In this document: one piece after another, positions 10,375 through 21,300 of the stretch
Layout: each line of letters starts with the position of its first letter
Position numbering within the stretch: the stretch's first letter is position 1
Program-made: the position numbers and the translations under genes
The notes under the pieces: generated by a model
Told to the model about the DNA's origin: nothing
The model's database searches: none
The model's input: only the letters and a program-made list of their open reading frames with translations
Source of the DNA: a virus
DNA length: 64,000 bases
Strand: one strand, 5' to 3'
Virus record (IMG/VR): IMGVR_UViG_3300023174_000121
Coordinates: 1-64,000 of that record

Positions 10375-10947
10375 TCAAGAGGGTAAAGGTAATGTCTTAG
10401 CTAATTCAATTCCTGAGTCGATAGAAGTTGGTGTAACTGATTTACTAGAGTCGCTAATAGTTACTGTTTTCCCAGTTATTGTAATGGAGTTTCCAGAAAT
10501 TGTCAAGTTCGAATTCGCAGTTATATTTAGATTACCATTATTGAGAATTTCAATCTTAGTTCCGTTGACATTTAAAACTACTGAATCTTTTTCTGTTACT
10601 GTTTCAAAGTTTCTAGTCAGATCTGGAGTGACTCCAAAATACTCTGATGCAGCTTGCGGTATACCTGGAATGTATCCAAGAATCGCTGGCTCTTGTGCTG
10701 CTAATGCATCAAGAAAAAATCCAAACACCCATTCTCCAACTCTTGGTGTACCATATAGATTTGGGGTGTTTAATGGATGAATTGCAAGTGCCCATGGCAA
10801 GTCTTCTGTTGGAACAGCATTCTCTTTAATTGCTGGATGATATCCAAAACATCTAACTTTGCATCGACCAAGAGTCAAAGGATCATCAATATCTTCAACT
10901 ACTCCGATCCACCAAATGAATCCGTCATGCCCAAGAAAATTTCTCAT
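10375..10947 (-). CDS. gp5: Baseplate hub gp5 (OB-fold N-terminal domain, short form)
   Basis: FIWWIGVVEDIDDPLTLGRCKVRCFGYH, DLPWA, GEWVFGFFLD...QEP; no lysozyme domain. Confidence 0.88.
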   Translation of the reverse strand: MRNFLGHDGFIWWIGVVEDIDDPLTLGRCKVRCFGYHPAIKENAVPTEDLPWALAIHPLNTPNLYGTPRVGEWVFGFFLDALAAQEPAILGYIPGIPQAASEYFGVTPDLTRNFETVTEKDSVVLNVNGTKIEILNNGNLNITANSNLTISGNSITITGKTVTISDSSKSVTPTSIDSGIELAKTLPLPS

Positions 10948-11183
10948 TAATGACCCATATGTTTGAAGTATTGAATTTCACGTTCTTGTTGTGCAACCCA
11001 TTCATCAGAAGGCTTTCCTTCACCTTTATAATATCTTAAAGGTCTTCCAGTTTTCTTAGAAACTAAAGCCCATCTACCATCCACTTGTTGTAGTGTTTCA
11101 AATAGTTCTGGTCCGTAGACTTGCTCTTCCCATTCTTCATTTGAAAGAGTAGTTCCTTTAATCATGTCTTTGTAGCGTTTCAT
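10947..11183 (-). CDS. Hypothetical protein, possible internal head protein
   Basis: Translationally coupled ORF with MKRYKDMI N-terminus and EREIQYFKH C-terminus. Confidence 0.6.
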   Translation of the reverse strand: MKRYKDMIKGTTLSNEEWEEQVYGPELFETLQQVDGRWALVSKKTGRPLRYYKGEGKPSDEWVAQQEREIQYFKHMGH

Positions 11184-12139
11184 AACTTATCCAATTCTGA
11201 TGTATCAACAGCTCCTTCTGGAGTGTTGTCTTTGATCCATGTAAGAAGCTGCTTTTTGATTTCAATTTCTTTCTTTGCTGGCTTGCCTGGATCTTTTAAA
11301 GTCAAGTATTTAAAATCTTTGACAACAATATTTCCATGCACATCTTTGTATGGCTTATTAGTCTTAGGATCAATAACGACAATTGTATTTTCAGGATTAT
11401 TTAGAATGACATAAACACCACCTTGAACTTCTTTAGGCATCGAATGCGTGACTAAACCATAGACTGTTTGTGCAGCACCTTTGTGTGTTGCAAGAAGAAC
11501 ATCATCTGGAACTACTCTTGCTCTTGATTTGTTGTTCTTGATTGCAATCTGATAGTTTGTCAAAACCCAAGTAACATGAATGTCTTTTTCTTGGTACCCA
11601 GCAGCAAATAGTTTTGGTAGAACATCAGTCATATCTGTAACATCTTTGAAAGTGCTATCAAAGATAATATTTGGAAGTGTTCCTTTTTCCGCACCATCTA
11701 GCATCAAGTCTAAAGTTTTATCTTTAACACCAGTTGCACGAACTAACACATGAAGAATATACACATGAGTTGGTGTCTTTAAATTAAGATCCGACATACC
11801 GAGACCTTTCTCGGTCAATTCTCTATCAATAATTGCTCTATCTTTATCTGAGATTTTATCGCCATATTTCGCTAACAAATCTTTAGTTGTAAACTTTTGA
11901 AGAGAATCGAGTTTTTGAAATGCGAGTTTCATTTCATCAACATCGCGAACTTTGAAATCACTTCCTGGCATAAAGTTCTTAATTGCGAATCCTTTACCAG
12001 ATCCAGCACCTCCAGCAAGAAACACTATTTGACCATATTTCTTTCCGTTGTTATAAAGAATCTGTTTCTCGCAAAGTTCATTTGCATGAAAGTCTTTCAT
12101 TAAAACAAATTCTGAAAAAGATAATTTTACTGAATTCAT
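11180..12139 (-). CDS. P-loop kinase (zeta-toxin/AAA_33-like)
   Basis: IVFLAGGAGSGKGF Walker A, IIFDST, and NKSRARVVPDDVLLATH. Confidence 0.7.
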   Translation of the reverse strand: MNSVKLSFSEFVLMKDFHANELCEKQILYNNGKKYGQIVFLAGGAGSGKGFAIKNFMPGSDFKVRDVDEMKLAFQKLDSLQKFTTKDLLAKYGDKISDKDRAIIDRELTEKGLGMSDLNLKTPTHVYILHVLVRATGVKDKTLDLMLDGAEKGTLPNIIFDSTFKDVTDMTDVLPKLFAAGYQEKDIHVTWVLTNYQIAIKNNKSRARVVPDDVLLATHKGAAQTVYGLVTHSMPKEVQGGVYVILNNPENTIVVIDPKTNKPYKDVHGNIVVKDFKYLTLKDPGKPAKKEIEIKKQLLTWIKDNTPEGAVDTSELDKL

Positions 12140-13653
12140 GATGGTATCCTATTGTTTCTCCAGTTGTCTACTATGGATGTGTTATCTAAATCTGCCTTCT
12201 TTTTAACATCGCCAATACTTGTTCTAATTGTTGCAATATCTAGCGAAAAATCAATTTCAGCTCCAGCTACGGTCTTATTGTGATCTATTGGTGATGATGC
12301 TCTACTTAATGTCAAACCTTTAACATATTCTCCTGGGCGAATTCTATGATCAACTGTAGTGACCAAATACTTTCCAGACTCTAATCGATTTGGAATTAAA
12401 TTTGAATTCGTAGGATTAGATAATCTTTCAGACTGACTTGGAGAATATAGATTGACAATATTTCCTATACCGATATTGTTAGTCCCGCCTTGTATTTCTA
12501 CGTCAATCTTAAATAAAGTTTTTGAAATTTGACCAACAATGTTGTCAGGTAACCAACTGCTTCTACTTGCGGTGTCATTGATAGATGAAGCAATTAATTT
12601 TCTTCCGGGGATTTCATTCTTAGCGTCATTATATACATTAAAAATATTATAATCATCAATCAATTTATAAGGATTGAAATCGTTAGTTACTGTGTCTTCT
12701 GTTGCATATCCAAACTTCTTTGTCGAATGAGTTCTTGAGATTGGATCTATAGTTGTCATTGTCGTATTATAGAATCCAAGAAGCATTGCTTGAACATGAT
12801 TAAAATTAGAATCTCTTTGTAACATAGGAGTTCTAATGATTGCTCCAGATTCAAGCCATAAATCTAATTTTTGATTAAAGTAAATTGTTTCTATTTTGCT
12901 CTTATTTGCTTCGTATATTAAAGACTCTATGCTTCCGAAGTAATGTGAAGCTGTGAATGGTTTGTTATCTGGATATGTTCCTGTGACTGGAACTAGTCTT
13001 TCAAAGAAAACAAAAAACTTGTCTTTTTTACATGCACGATTGCAAAGAAACTCCATTGCTTTGTGTGGCATCAATCCAGTTGAAATGAATGGCTTAGTTA
13101 GAGTTAGATTTGGATCATCTATAACTAAATCATTTACTGACATCTCTGAGTAAATTAACTTAGCAGCTTCTTTATATGAAATATTCTTATAACTTTTAAA
13201 TAGAGATTTCTTTAAAGAGTTTACATGTGATCTGGAAACAAATTGCAAATCAAATGTAGAACCTAGTGTTACTGGATCAACTGCGGATTCACTAATTCTA
13301 TGTACGATTAAATCTTCTCTCCAAATAATAATATCATTTGTTTGTGGTTTTGTAATCTTAATATTGATCTGTTCGCCGCCTTTGATTCGAAACGTTTCTA
13401 AAAATCCAACAGAATCAATGATAGTAATTGTTCCAGAAATACATGATGCAAAAATATCTTCATGAATCGAAATGTTTGAGTATTGACCAGCAAGTGTGAT
13501 TCTTTCTCCACTTCGAACTACAATACTTACGTCTGCAACGTTTACAGTACCACCAGCAATAGTTGCAGTGGTATTTCTAATATCTGTTAAACGATATTCA
13601 CCTTCCTGATCAATGTCAGTATAAGCATTAAATAGTTCTTGATTAGTTGTCAT
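12136..13653 (-). CDS. Baseplate hub / gp27-like tail protein
   Basis: ISIHEDIFASCISGTITIIDS N-terminus, FFVFFE, SGKYLVTTVDHRI; sits between gp53 and gp5. Confidence 0.7.
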   Translation of the reverse strand: MTTNQELFNAYTDIDQEGEYRLTDIRNTTATIAGGTVNVADVSIVVRSGERITLAGQYSNISIHEDIFASCISGTITIIDSVGFLETFRIKGGEQINIKITKPQTNDIIIWREDLIVHRISESAVDPVTLGSTFDLQFVSRSHVNSLKKSLFKSYKNISYKEAAKLIYSEMSVNDLVIDDPNLTLTKPFISTGLMPHKAMEFLCNRACKKDKFFVFFERLVPVTGTYPDNKPFTASHYFGSIESLIYEANKSKIETIYFNQKLDLWLESGAIIRTPMLQRDSNFNHVQAMLLGFYNTTMTTIDPISRTHSTKKFGYATEDTVTNDFNPYKLIDDYNIFNVYNDAKNEIPGRKLIASSINDTASRSSWLPDNIVGQISKTLFKIDVEIQGGTNNIGIGNIVNLYSPSQSERLSNPTNSNLIPNRLESGKYLVTTVDHRIRPGEYVKGLTLSRASSPIDHNKTVAGAEIDFSLDIATIRTSIGDVKKKADLDNTSIVDNWRNNRIPS

Positions 13654-14180
13654 AGAACTGGCTTAGATATGATTGATTTTAAACTCATGTCTACCGCATT
13701 AATCATGTCGCGTTTGACTAGTTTTATTTTAGATTTATTGATGTTTCTACGAAATTCATATTCGTATTGAGTCTCCGACTTTCTTTGACTAGTTGGTAAA
13801 CTTTGCCAAGTTGTTTGATCGATTATATCGTTATTTAAATTATAATAATATTGAACTGTACTGATAGCTGTTGCTACACTTCCATATTTTTCTTCAATAT
13901 AAGAATTCAATGTCTGAGTGTTTTTGGGCCAATCGTCGTAGATATTGTAAATTTCATTGACTAGTAAAACGATCCAGTCATACATTGGAGTTCCGTATGC
14001 TTTAAACGAAACATAATCTGGACGTTCGCCATCTTTTACAACGTAAGGATTAAAAGAGATTCCACGATATGTCTTAAAGAAATCTTTTATTTTTATTGAA
14101 GTTGTAATGTCGATTGCTTTGATGTAATCAACATTGTCAACTTTATAAGCAACTTTTGGATAGAATTGAAATATGCTCAT
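13650..14180 (-). CDS. gp53: Baseplate wedge gp53
   Basis: FQFYPKVAY, YVVKDGERPDYVSFKAYG...DWIVLLVN...DDWP, YEYE. Confidence 0.92.
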   Translation of the reverse strand: MSIFQFYPKVAYKVDNVDYIKAIDITTSIKIKDFFKTYRGISFNPYVVKDGERPDYVSFKAYGTPMYDWIVLLVNEIYNIYDDWPKNTQTLNSYIEEKYGSVATAISTVQYYYNLNNDIIDQTTWQSLPTSQRKSETQYEYEFRRNINKSKIKLVKRDMINAVDMSLKSIISKPVL

Positions 14181-14183
14181 AGT

Positions 14184-15203
14184 TTATAAGATTGTATTTC
14201 GACTATCTACAGCTATTGAAGTTGTAGTAAGGAGTCTGGTTTCTTTTAATCCAATATTTAAACTAACATCTGTTGGAAAATATTCGTTCGTGTTTGAGTC
14301 GAAGAATGTCATCTTATTTCCAGATCCATAGTCTACAGAAACAGATTCTATAACACATAATCCAGATTCAAATAGAGTAACTAATTCTGATTGATAACTA
14401 TACAACATCAATTGAAATCTACACATATCTGGATAATCAAATAATTTGCTTTGTCCACTTCCAGCGATTAATGCGTCAAATTCAGCTCCAGAGTATGTTG
14501 TATCAGCAACTGCTCCTGCACCCGATTCATAATCGCTTCCACTTAATCCCAATCCACTATTTGATAATGCCAATGATTGGTCATAACTATTTCCATCTTG
14601 TGCTAGTGATGGATCATCAGAATCTATAGCAGGACCTGTCCGAGGAGAAGATGCTAATCTAAATGTTTGTATAATATCTCGCATTGCTTGCGCTTCTACT
14701 AAACTAGTAGGTTTCATTGAAAATGGCAATGTAAATTGTCTAAACGTTGGTCCAGAATAAATCAACTGCTGAAAGTTGTTGAATACTTTTCTTTGCAAGT
14801 ATTCAAAGTTTGCTTTTCCAGATTGTCCAGCAGAAGCAAACGCACCAGCAGCAGAACCAACAGAGTTCATTATTTGTTTTTGTAATGCCTCATAGAATCC
14901 ACCACCCATTCTTTTAATAACTCCAAGAGCTGTATCATCTGTTGCTCCTGCTCCAGGACTTCCAAAAATGTTTGCTGTCGCGTTCCATGGATTGGATAAT
15001 CCAGATTGAAACGTGCCCCCCATTTTAATATAAATAATTGGAGCATTGATAAGATCATCGCCCAATGTATCTGCAAATTGAAATCTAACAACAGGAATTA
15101 CAAACTCTGAGCCAGCGTAATCTGTTCCAAAATTCAATTGGCTAGCTGATGGATAACTCCATCCTCCGCCATTAACAGTTACTGTATCTAGTTGTGTAGC
15201 CAT
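14184..15203 (-). CDS. gp48: Baseplate tail tube cap gp48
   Basis: YSGPTFRQFTLPFSMKPTSLVEA, FDYPD, CVIESVSVDYG...PTDVSLNIGLKE. Confidence 0.8.
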   Translation of the reverse strand: MATQLDTVTVNGGGWSYPSASQLNFGTDYAGSEFVIPVVRFQFADTLGDDLINAPIIYIKMGGTFQSGLSNPWNATANIFGSPGAGATDDTALGVIKRMGGGFYEALQKQIMNSVGSAAGAFASAGQSGKANFEYLQRKVFNNFQQLIYSGPTFRQFTLPFSMKPTSLVEAQAMRDIIQTFRLASSPRTGPAIDSDDPSLAQDGNSYDQSLALSNSGLGLSGSDYESGAGAVADTTYSGAEFDALIAGSGQSKLFDYPDMCRFQLMLYSYQSELVTLFESGLCVIESVSVDYGSGNKMTFFDSNTNEYFPTDVSLNIGLKETRLLTTTSIAVDSRNTIL

Positions 15204-15232
15204 TTTTTTCCTATCTAAATTATATTCTATTT

Positions 15233-15676
15233 ATGTCATACAAAGGTAAATTTAAACCACAAAACTATCAAAAGTATAAAGGTGATCCGACTAAGATTAT
15301 TTATCGAAGCCTTTTAGAGCGTAGATTCATGGTATATTGTGACACTAATGCTTCAATACTTGAATGGTCTTCAGAAGAAGTTGTCGTTCCTTATGTTTCT
15401 CCAGTTGACAATAGATATCATAGATACTTTGTTGATTTTTGGATGAGATATAGAGATAGAGATGGGAATCTAAAATCTGTTCTTATTGAAATAAAACCAG
15501 CGATTCAAACACAACCACCAAAAAGAAAAGACACTCCTACTGGTAGACCCACTAGAAGATTTCTAAATGAAGTAAAGACTTGGGGTGTGAATCAAGCAAA
15601 ATGGGAAGCTGCAACCGAATACGCTAAAGATAGAAATTGGGAATTTAGAATAATTACCGATAAAGATTTAAGATAA
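15233..15676 (+). CDS. gp4: Head completion nuclease gp4 (TnsA-like)
   Basis: YKGKFKPQNYQKYKGDPTKIIYRSLLE, HRYFVDF, IEIKP, NQAKWEAA. Confidence 0.95.
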   Translation: MSYKGKFKPQNYQKYKGDPTKIIYRSLLERRFMVYCDTNASILEWSSEEVVVPYVSPVDNRYHRYFVDFWMRYRDRDGNLKSVLIEIKPAIQTQPPKRKDTPTGRPTRRFLNEVKTWGVNQAKWEAATEYAKDRNWEFRIITDKDLR

Positions 15677-15685
15677 ATAGAATAT

Positions 15686-16285
15686 ATGGATATATTCGAC
15701 AAAATTATACAGCAAGGGTTAGCTAAGGGAATCGTGCCTGCAAAAAGCAAGGCTGCGAGAACTTGGTATAGAAACTCTGTTAAAAATTTAGCGTCAAATA
15801 TTCCGGCTTCGCAAATGGAGAGATTGACAAATCCAACAAGAAAAGTTGGAACAATGGAAATTGGTTATATGTACGCTTTTGCTTATGATCCAAAGATGAA
15901 AAAAGAATTGCCGTACTATGACACATTTCCATTAATCTTTCCTGTGAAGTTTGAGTCAGATGGATTCTTGGGTATTAACTTTCACTATTTGCCCCTAATG
16001 CTTAGGGCTAAATTGATGGATGCTTTGTATTCTACTTTGACAAATAAGAATTATGATGCTACGACAAGAGTTAAGATTTCGTATTCAATTTTACAATCAG
16101 CTTCGAAGTATAGATATTATAAGCCTACACTTAAAAAGTATTTGAGAACTCATGTCAGATCACAGTTTTTAGAGATAAACGTAAACGAATGGGATATTGC
16201 ATTGTTTCTTCCAACAGAATCATTTAGAAAAGCTGACACAAGAAGAGTGCATGAAGATTCTATTAGAAAAATATCGAGAGCATAA
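15686..16285 (+). CDS. gp2: DNA end protector gp2
   Basis: YDPKMKKELPYYDTFPLIF, GINFHYLP, WDIALFLPTESF; GATAAATA late promoter upstream. Confidence 0.95.
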   Translation: MDIFDKIIQQGLAKGIVPAKSKAARTWYRNSVKNLASNIPASQMERLTNPTRKVGTMEIGYMYAFAYDPKMKKELPYYDTFPLIFPVKFESDGFLGINFHYLPLMLRAKLMDALYSTLTNKNYDATTRVKISYSILQSASKYRYYKPTLKKYLRTHVRSQFLEINVNEWDIALFLPTESFRKADTRRVHEDSIRKISRA

Positions 16286-16909
16286 ATGGCAACTACAATA
16301 AATGGATTCTTTAATATATCCGCATTTAAGAATGCAGTAGGAGCATCAGTTCGTCCAAACTATTTTATTGCTGAATTGGGTGGATACGAACTAAAGTCAT
16401 TTGCTTTAGGCGCATATAAAATTAATGAAACATTTAGTTTTAGATGTGAAAAAGCAGAATTTCCTGGAAAAACACTTTCAACAAATGATGACGTTGGTGG
16501 TGGAGGAACAACATTAAAACTTCCATATGATGTAACGTATGGTGACATTCAATTGAGTATCATATGCTCTGAAGATAAAAAAGAAAGAATGTTCTTTGAC
16601 AATTGGATTGATAACATAATTAATCCAGCAGGATATGATGTTGCATTAAAAGATTCTGCTGGAAGATTCACTTCAGTTACATCAATCAATCCAGGACTTG
16701 TTCAATATTATGAAGACTATGCAAAAGGAGTAACACTTTCAGTTAAACAATTAAATGCAAAAGCTGAAGTAGTTATGAACTTTGTAATGCATGACATTTA
16801 TCCAATTGCAATTTCTCCTATGAATGCTTCTTGGGATGAAACTAATTCTTATCAACGTTTCTCTGTTACACTCAACTATCGCTATTATACACTACCTTTA
16901 GTGCTTTAA
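16286..16909 (+). CDS. gp54: Tail tube initiator gp54 (gp19-like fold)
   Basis: RPNYF, CEKAEFPGKTL, FFDNWIDNI, YPIAIS...FSVTLNYRYY. Confidence 0.75.
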   Translation: MATTINGFFNISAFKNAVGASVRPNYFIAELGGYELKSFALGAYKINETFSFRCEKAEFPGKTLSTNDDVGGGGTTLKLPYDVTYGDIQLSIICSEDKKERMFFDNWIDNIINPAGYDVALKDSAGRFTSVTSINPGLVQYYEDYAKGVTLSVKQLNAKAEVVMNFVMHDIYPIAISPMNASWDETNSYQRFSVTLNYRYYTLPLVL

Positions 16910-16933
16910 ATTATTTCTTTTTTGGAGATTATT

Positions 16934-17680
16934 ATGCCTTTACCGAAAATTAATTCGCCTATCTTTGAATTGACTTTGCCGTCAACAAAACAAACCGTCA
17001 AGTATAGACCTTTTCTAGTAAAAGAACAAAAGATTCTTTTGATGGCTATGGAATCAAACGATCAAAATGCAAGTTTAGTTGCAATCAAACAAATCATCAA
17101 CAATTGTTCGATCGATAAAGTTGATGTAGAGAAGATGCCAACATTTGATTTGGAATATTTCTTCATCAATCTACGAGCAAAGTCTATTGGCGAAAGTGTA
17201 GAATTGCGTATGCGTCATCGTACTGGATACAATGATGAAGGTGCAGAATGTGATCACACTACACTTGTAAATATCAATCTAACGGAGATTGAAGTGGATC
17301 AAGAAATTGGTCACACAGACAATATTGTCATTGACGAAGAGAATCAAGTTGGAATCAAAATGAAATATCCAACACTTGATGCTGCAAGTCTAAAGCATCT
17401 AAGCAAAAAATCAAAGAATCAAATGGATGCCGCAATGGAGTCTATTGTAAATTGTATTGAATACATTTATGATAAAGAAGAAATTTACAAGACTGAAGAC
17501 ATTACAAGAAATGAATTGATTGAGTTCATTGACAATCTTTCACAAGAACAGTTCATGAAAATCAATAACTTCTTCACTTCAATGCCTAAAGTCAAAAAAG
17601 AAATTGAATGGAAATGTGGTGGTTGCGGTTCACACGATAAAGTCACACTAGAAGGAATGTCAAATTTTTTCGTATTGTGA
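16934..17680 (+). CDS. gp26: Baseplate hub assembly chaperone gp26
   Basis: MPLPKINSPIFELTLPS...YRPFLVKEQKILL, LRAKSIGE, LEGMSNFF; GGAG RBS before ATG 16934. Confidence 0.93.
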   Translation: MPLPKINSPIFELTLPSTKQTVKYRPFLVKEQKILLMAMESNDQNASLVAIKQIINNCSIDKVDVEKMPTFDLEYFFINLRAKSIGESVELRMRHRTGYNDEGAECDHTTLVNINLTEIEVDQEIGHTDNIVIDEENQVGIKMKYPTLDAASLKHLSKKSKNQMDAAMESIVNCIEYIYDKEEIYKTEDITRNELIEFIDNLSQEQFMKINNFFTSMPKVKKEIEWKCGGCGSHDKVTLEGMSNFFVL

Positions 17681-17871
17681 TGGGCAATGATAATTTAGCA
17701 AATTATTATAAAACTAATTTTGCTCTTATTCAGCATCATAAATACAGTTTAGAAGTGCTGGAAGAAATGATTCCTTTTGAACGTGATTTATATTTAATGT
17801 TATTGGCTCAGCACATTGAAGAACAAAATAACAAGATAGAAGCACAAAATCAACAGGCGAGGAATCGATGA
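17677..17871 (+). CDS. gp51: Baseplate hub assembly catalyst gp51-like
   Basis: LANYYKTNFALIQHHKYSLEVLEEMIPFERDLYL. Confidence 0.9.
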   Translation: MMGNDNLANYYKTNFALIQHHKYSLEVLEEMIPFERDLYLMLLAQHIEEQNNKIEAQNQQARNR

Positions 17872-18308
17872 CAACTAAGCACCACCATAAAAAAGAAGAC
17901 TGGATGAATAGCAAATGGCGCCCAATGATGGGATGGTCATACATGGTAACTTGTATTGCTGATTTTATTATTTTTCCAATTTTATGGTCGGTTCTTCAAG
18001 CAATTCAACATGGTAATGTTTCAAGTCAATGGAATCCAATCACTCTTCAAGGCGCAGGATTGTATCATCTAGCAATGGGTGCAGTACTTGGAGTTGCTGC
18101 TTGGAGTCGTGGACAAGAAAAGATTGCTGGTGCTAGTACATTTCCAACAACTATTGGTTCCCCATCGCCAATTCAACAGCAAACTACTTTTAGTTCAGAA
18201 AAAATCACAGACACAGTAACTCCAGTCAATGATGTTAAACCATCAAGACCAGTAGTTAAAAAGCCTACGATTAATTCGAATCCCGATTCTGTTTTGGATA
18301 GAGGCTAA
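17868..18308 (+). CDS. Holin-like membrane protein (GTA 3TM holin family)
   Basis: WMNSKWRPMMGWSY, hydrophobic helices, GAVLGVAAWSRGQEK. Confidence 0.7.
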   Translation: MTTKHHHKKEDWMNSKWRPMMGWSYMVTCIADFIIFPILWSVLQAIQHGNVSSQWNPITLQGAGLYHLAMGAVLGVAAWSRGQEKIAGASTFPTTIGSPSPIQQQTTFSSEKITDTVTPVNDVKPSRPVVKKPTINSNPDSVLDRG

Positions 18309-21300
18309 TGGCATCAATAGGAAATTACGCAGCAGCTTTAGCTGAAGCTGCTAGAAACGCTGCAAGAGGTTCTGCTACTGGAATAGGCGCAGCGATAAGA
18401 GGCTCTGCAACATCTGAAATGCCTGGTGTAACTGGTGCATATTCATTTGCTCAAAGTTTGAGAAATAGTGCTAACTCTCGCGCTGGAAGTAGTGGTGGTG
18501 GAAAAGGTGGAGGCGGTGGATCAGCTTCATCTAGTGGACCATCAGATAGTTCAAACTTCAATACTGCTGTCGTTCGCGAATTGCAATTGATGAATGCGAA
18601 TATTCTTGAACAAACTAGACTATTGAGATATCAAGTAGATTCCAATAGATCGAAATCACAATTTGATGAAGAAAATGCTAGAGAACAAGCATTAAGAGAT
18701 AGTAGACTATTAGACGCAATCAATAACATTGGTGCTAGTAGTGGTGGAGGTCCAGCTGGAGGTGGTGGTGATAATAATGGCAAAGGACTTTTAGATAATC
18801 TTGGTGGTATAGGTGGTGGAGGAGGAGGCGGACGTGGTGGAAAGGGTCGCCGCGGAAGTATAAAGGGAAGACTAGTGAAGGGTGCTGGAATAGCTGGTCT
18901 AGGTCTTGGTGCACTATATGCATATAATAGAGTAGCTAATGGTGGAGAATCTATTTCTGAAGTCGCAAAGGATATGGCTCCAGGAGTTCTTGGTTCTACT
19001 ATTGGTGGTCTTGTTGGAATGATTGGTGGTCCGATTGGAGCTGCTATTGGCGCTGCCGTTGGTGGAGCAATTGGTGATTCTGATTTTGGTCATAAGATGT
19101 TTGAAAAAGTTCTTCCAAAATTTCAAGAGTTGGGAGATACGATAGCTGGAAAGTTTAACGTATTGCAAAATTGGTTTTCAAATTTTGATGTTGGTGCTAT
19201 GGCATCAGGAGCATATAAAAGTGTTGTGTCTGGTGCTAAAGCAGTTGGAAATGCAGCATCTGATGCGGCATCAAGTGCATATAAAAGTGTTGTGTCTGGT
19301 GCTAAAGCAGTTGGAAATGCAGCATCTGATGTGGCATCAAGTGCATATAAAAGTGTTTCTTCCGGTGTTTCATCTGCGGCAAGTTCAGTTAAAAATTATG
19401 TAACTGGATCTGCGACATCTGGAACTAGTGCAAATAAAGTTATAACATTTGGAAGTTTATCTAGAGAACAACAAGATGCAGTATTAGCTGAGCAAAGAAG
19501 ACAAGAAGGGTTTAAACCTGGAATGCTCACTTATGATTTAAATAATCCTGGTGCTATGCTCTATGATAAAATGACTGCTAAATTTGGCGCAGTGCCAGAT
19601 GATACTGGAAGGGGTGTTGATAAATTAAAAGGAAAATTTGCCAAATTCCCAACATTAGAACAAGGAATTGAAGCACAAAGATATAAGTGGTTAAATGGTC
19701 AAGGTGGAAAGTATGCGAGTCTTCCTTTAAATCAAGCATTGCAATTATGGATAACAGGAAAAGTAGAAGGTACTGGAGGTTCGCATCTAGGATCTAGATA
19801 TGAAAATTACATAAACAAAGTTTATGCTGCAGCTGGATCTACGCCACCAATAACACCATCAACTGTTTTAGCATCAGCTAAAGAAACATATGAAAATGTA
19901 AAGACTGGTGCTGGATCAATATTAGAAACTGCTAAAGCAAATGTAGATCCTGCTGTTCAAATTTTAGGACAAAAATTAGAAGAAGTTAGAAAAGAGATTA
20001 GAAAAGCATCAAATGTTGCTGTAGGCGTAGCAACAGCAATTGGTAAAGATACAGTAAATAATTTTAAAAGTCTTGCACGAAGTAGTGCAAGAACTGCAAA
20101 TGCGGTTGCTCCTCCAAACAAACCGATTCGTCCAATACTAAAGACACCAGAACAAATCATTGCAGAGACTAACAAGAACTTTGCAATGCAATTTCAAAAG
20201 ATTGCTCCAAAAGCAATTAGTCTTGCATTAAGACAAACATTGTTTCCTAAAGGTATTGGTGTAACTCAACAAGCAGCTGGTGGTGCATTATTCCGTGGAC
20301 AACAATTAAATAATATCTTTGGCGTCGGCAAGAGTGTAAGCAAATTAGCGACAAGTCTATTTGGTAAGCAATATGGTGGAATGCTTGCACCAGCACTTAA
20401 TAATTTAGCGACTGGATATCTTGAAGCAGGTGCCCGCGCTGGAGGAAGACTTTTATTCGGTATGATCGGTGGAATGGGTGCTGAACAAAGCAACATTCTC
20501 ACAGGACAAATTCTTGGTAATTATGCTAGAGGTAATAAGAAATTAGCAGTTGAGCAATTGCTATATGGCACTACTGGTGTAGCTAGTGGCTATGAGACTG
20601 TCTTTGCTAAGTATGGATTCAAGAATCCAATGGAAGGCATTAACTACATGGCCAACACTCTTGGTGCTGCCGTTAGTGATCCTGTTAATAGTCTCATGAA
20701 TCCTGGAGCAAAGCCTACAGAATATATTGATCCAAGAACTGGTAAGAAAGTTAGTTTAAATAGCGCAACGTCATTTAGTAAAGATGCTTATGGTAGAATT
20801 GATGATATAAGTTCGACTGGTGCTACGATTCAAACTGTTCCTGGTGGCGATAAAGCAATACTTTCAGTTGATCCAACATTAAACAAATTAACAGAGCAAC
20901 AAGTTGATCTTCAGAAACAATTAATTGATCAACAACAAGTTGATGCAGTTAGAAGAGCAACCGATGCGGCTGAAGCAAAAGCTGTAAGTGTGCAAGGTGA
21001 TCAGGGAATCATCGGTAAATTACAAGAACTTATAACTGAAATATCTACTGGTAGAGTTGGTTCTGGTTCAACTGCTGGTGGATCACTCGCTGTTCCAGGT
21101 TTTTTTAATCCAAAAAATCCATTAGGTCAAGTCGGCAATATGGCACTTGATCTTGGTAGAGTCGCTGCGACTAGTGCAATTTATAAAGGATTAGGTGGAA
21201 AAGGAACAAATCCATACACAGCAGCGCTTGCAAATTTTGCAATTAGTTCTGCATTAAAATATGGTGGACAACTTGCATATCAATATGCTGCTCCATATCT

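Noticed and set aside
19202-19358. 66-bp tandem repeat as a novel element
   Set aside because: Ordinary 11/22-aa periodicity of tape measure proteins.
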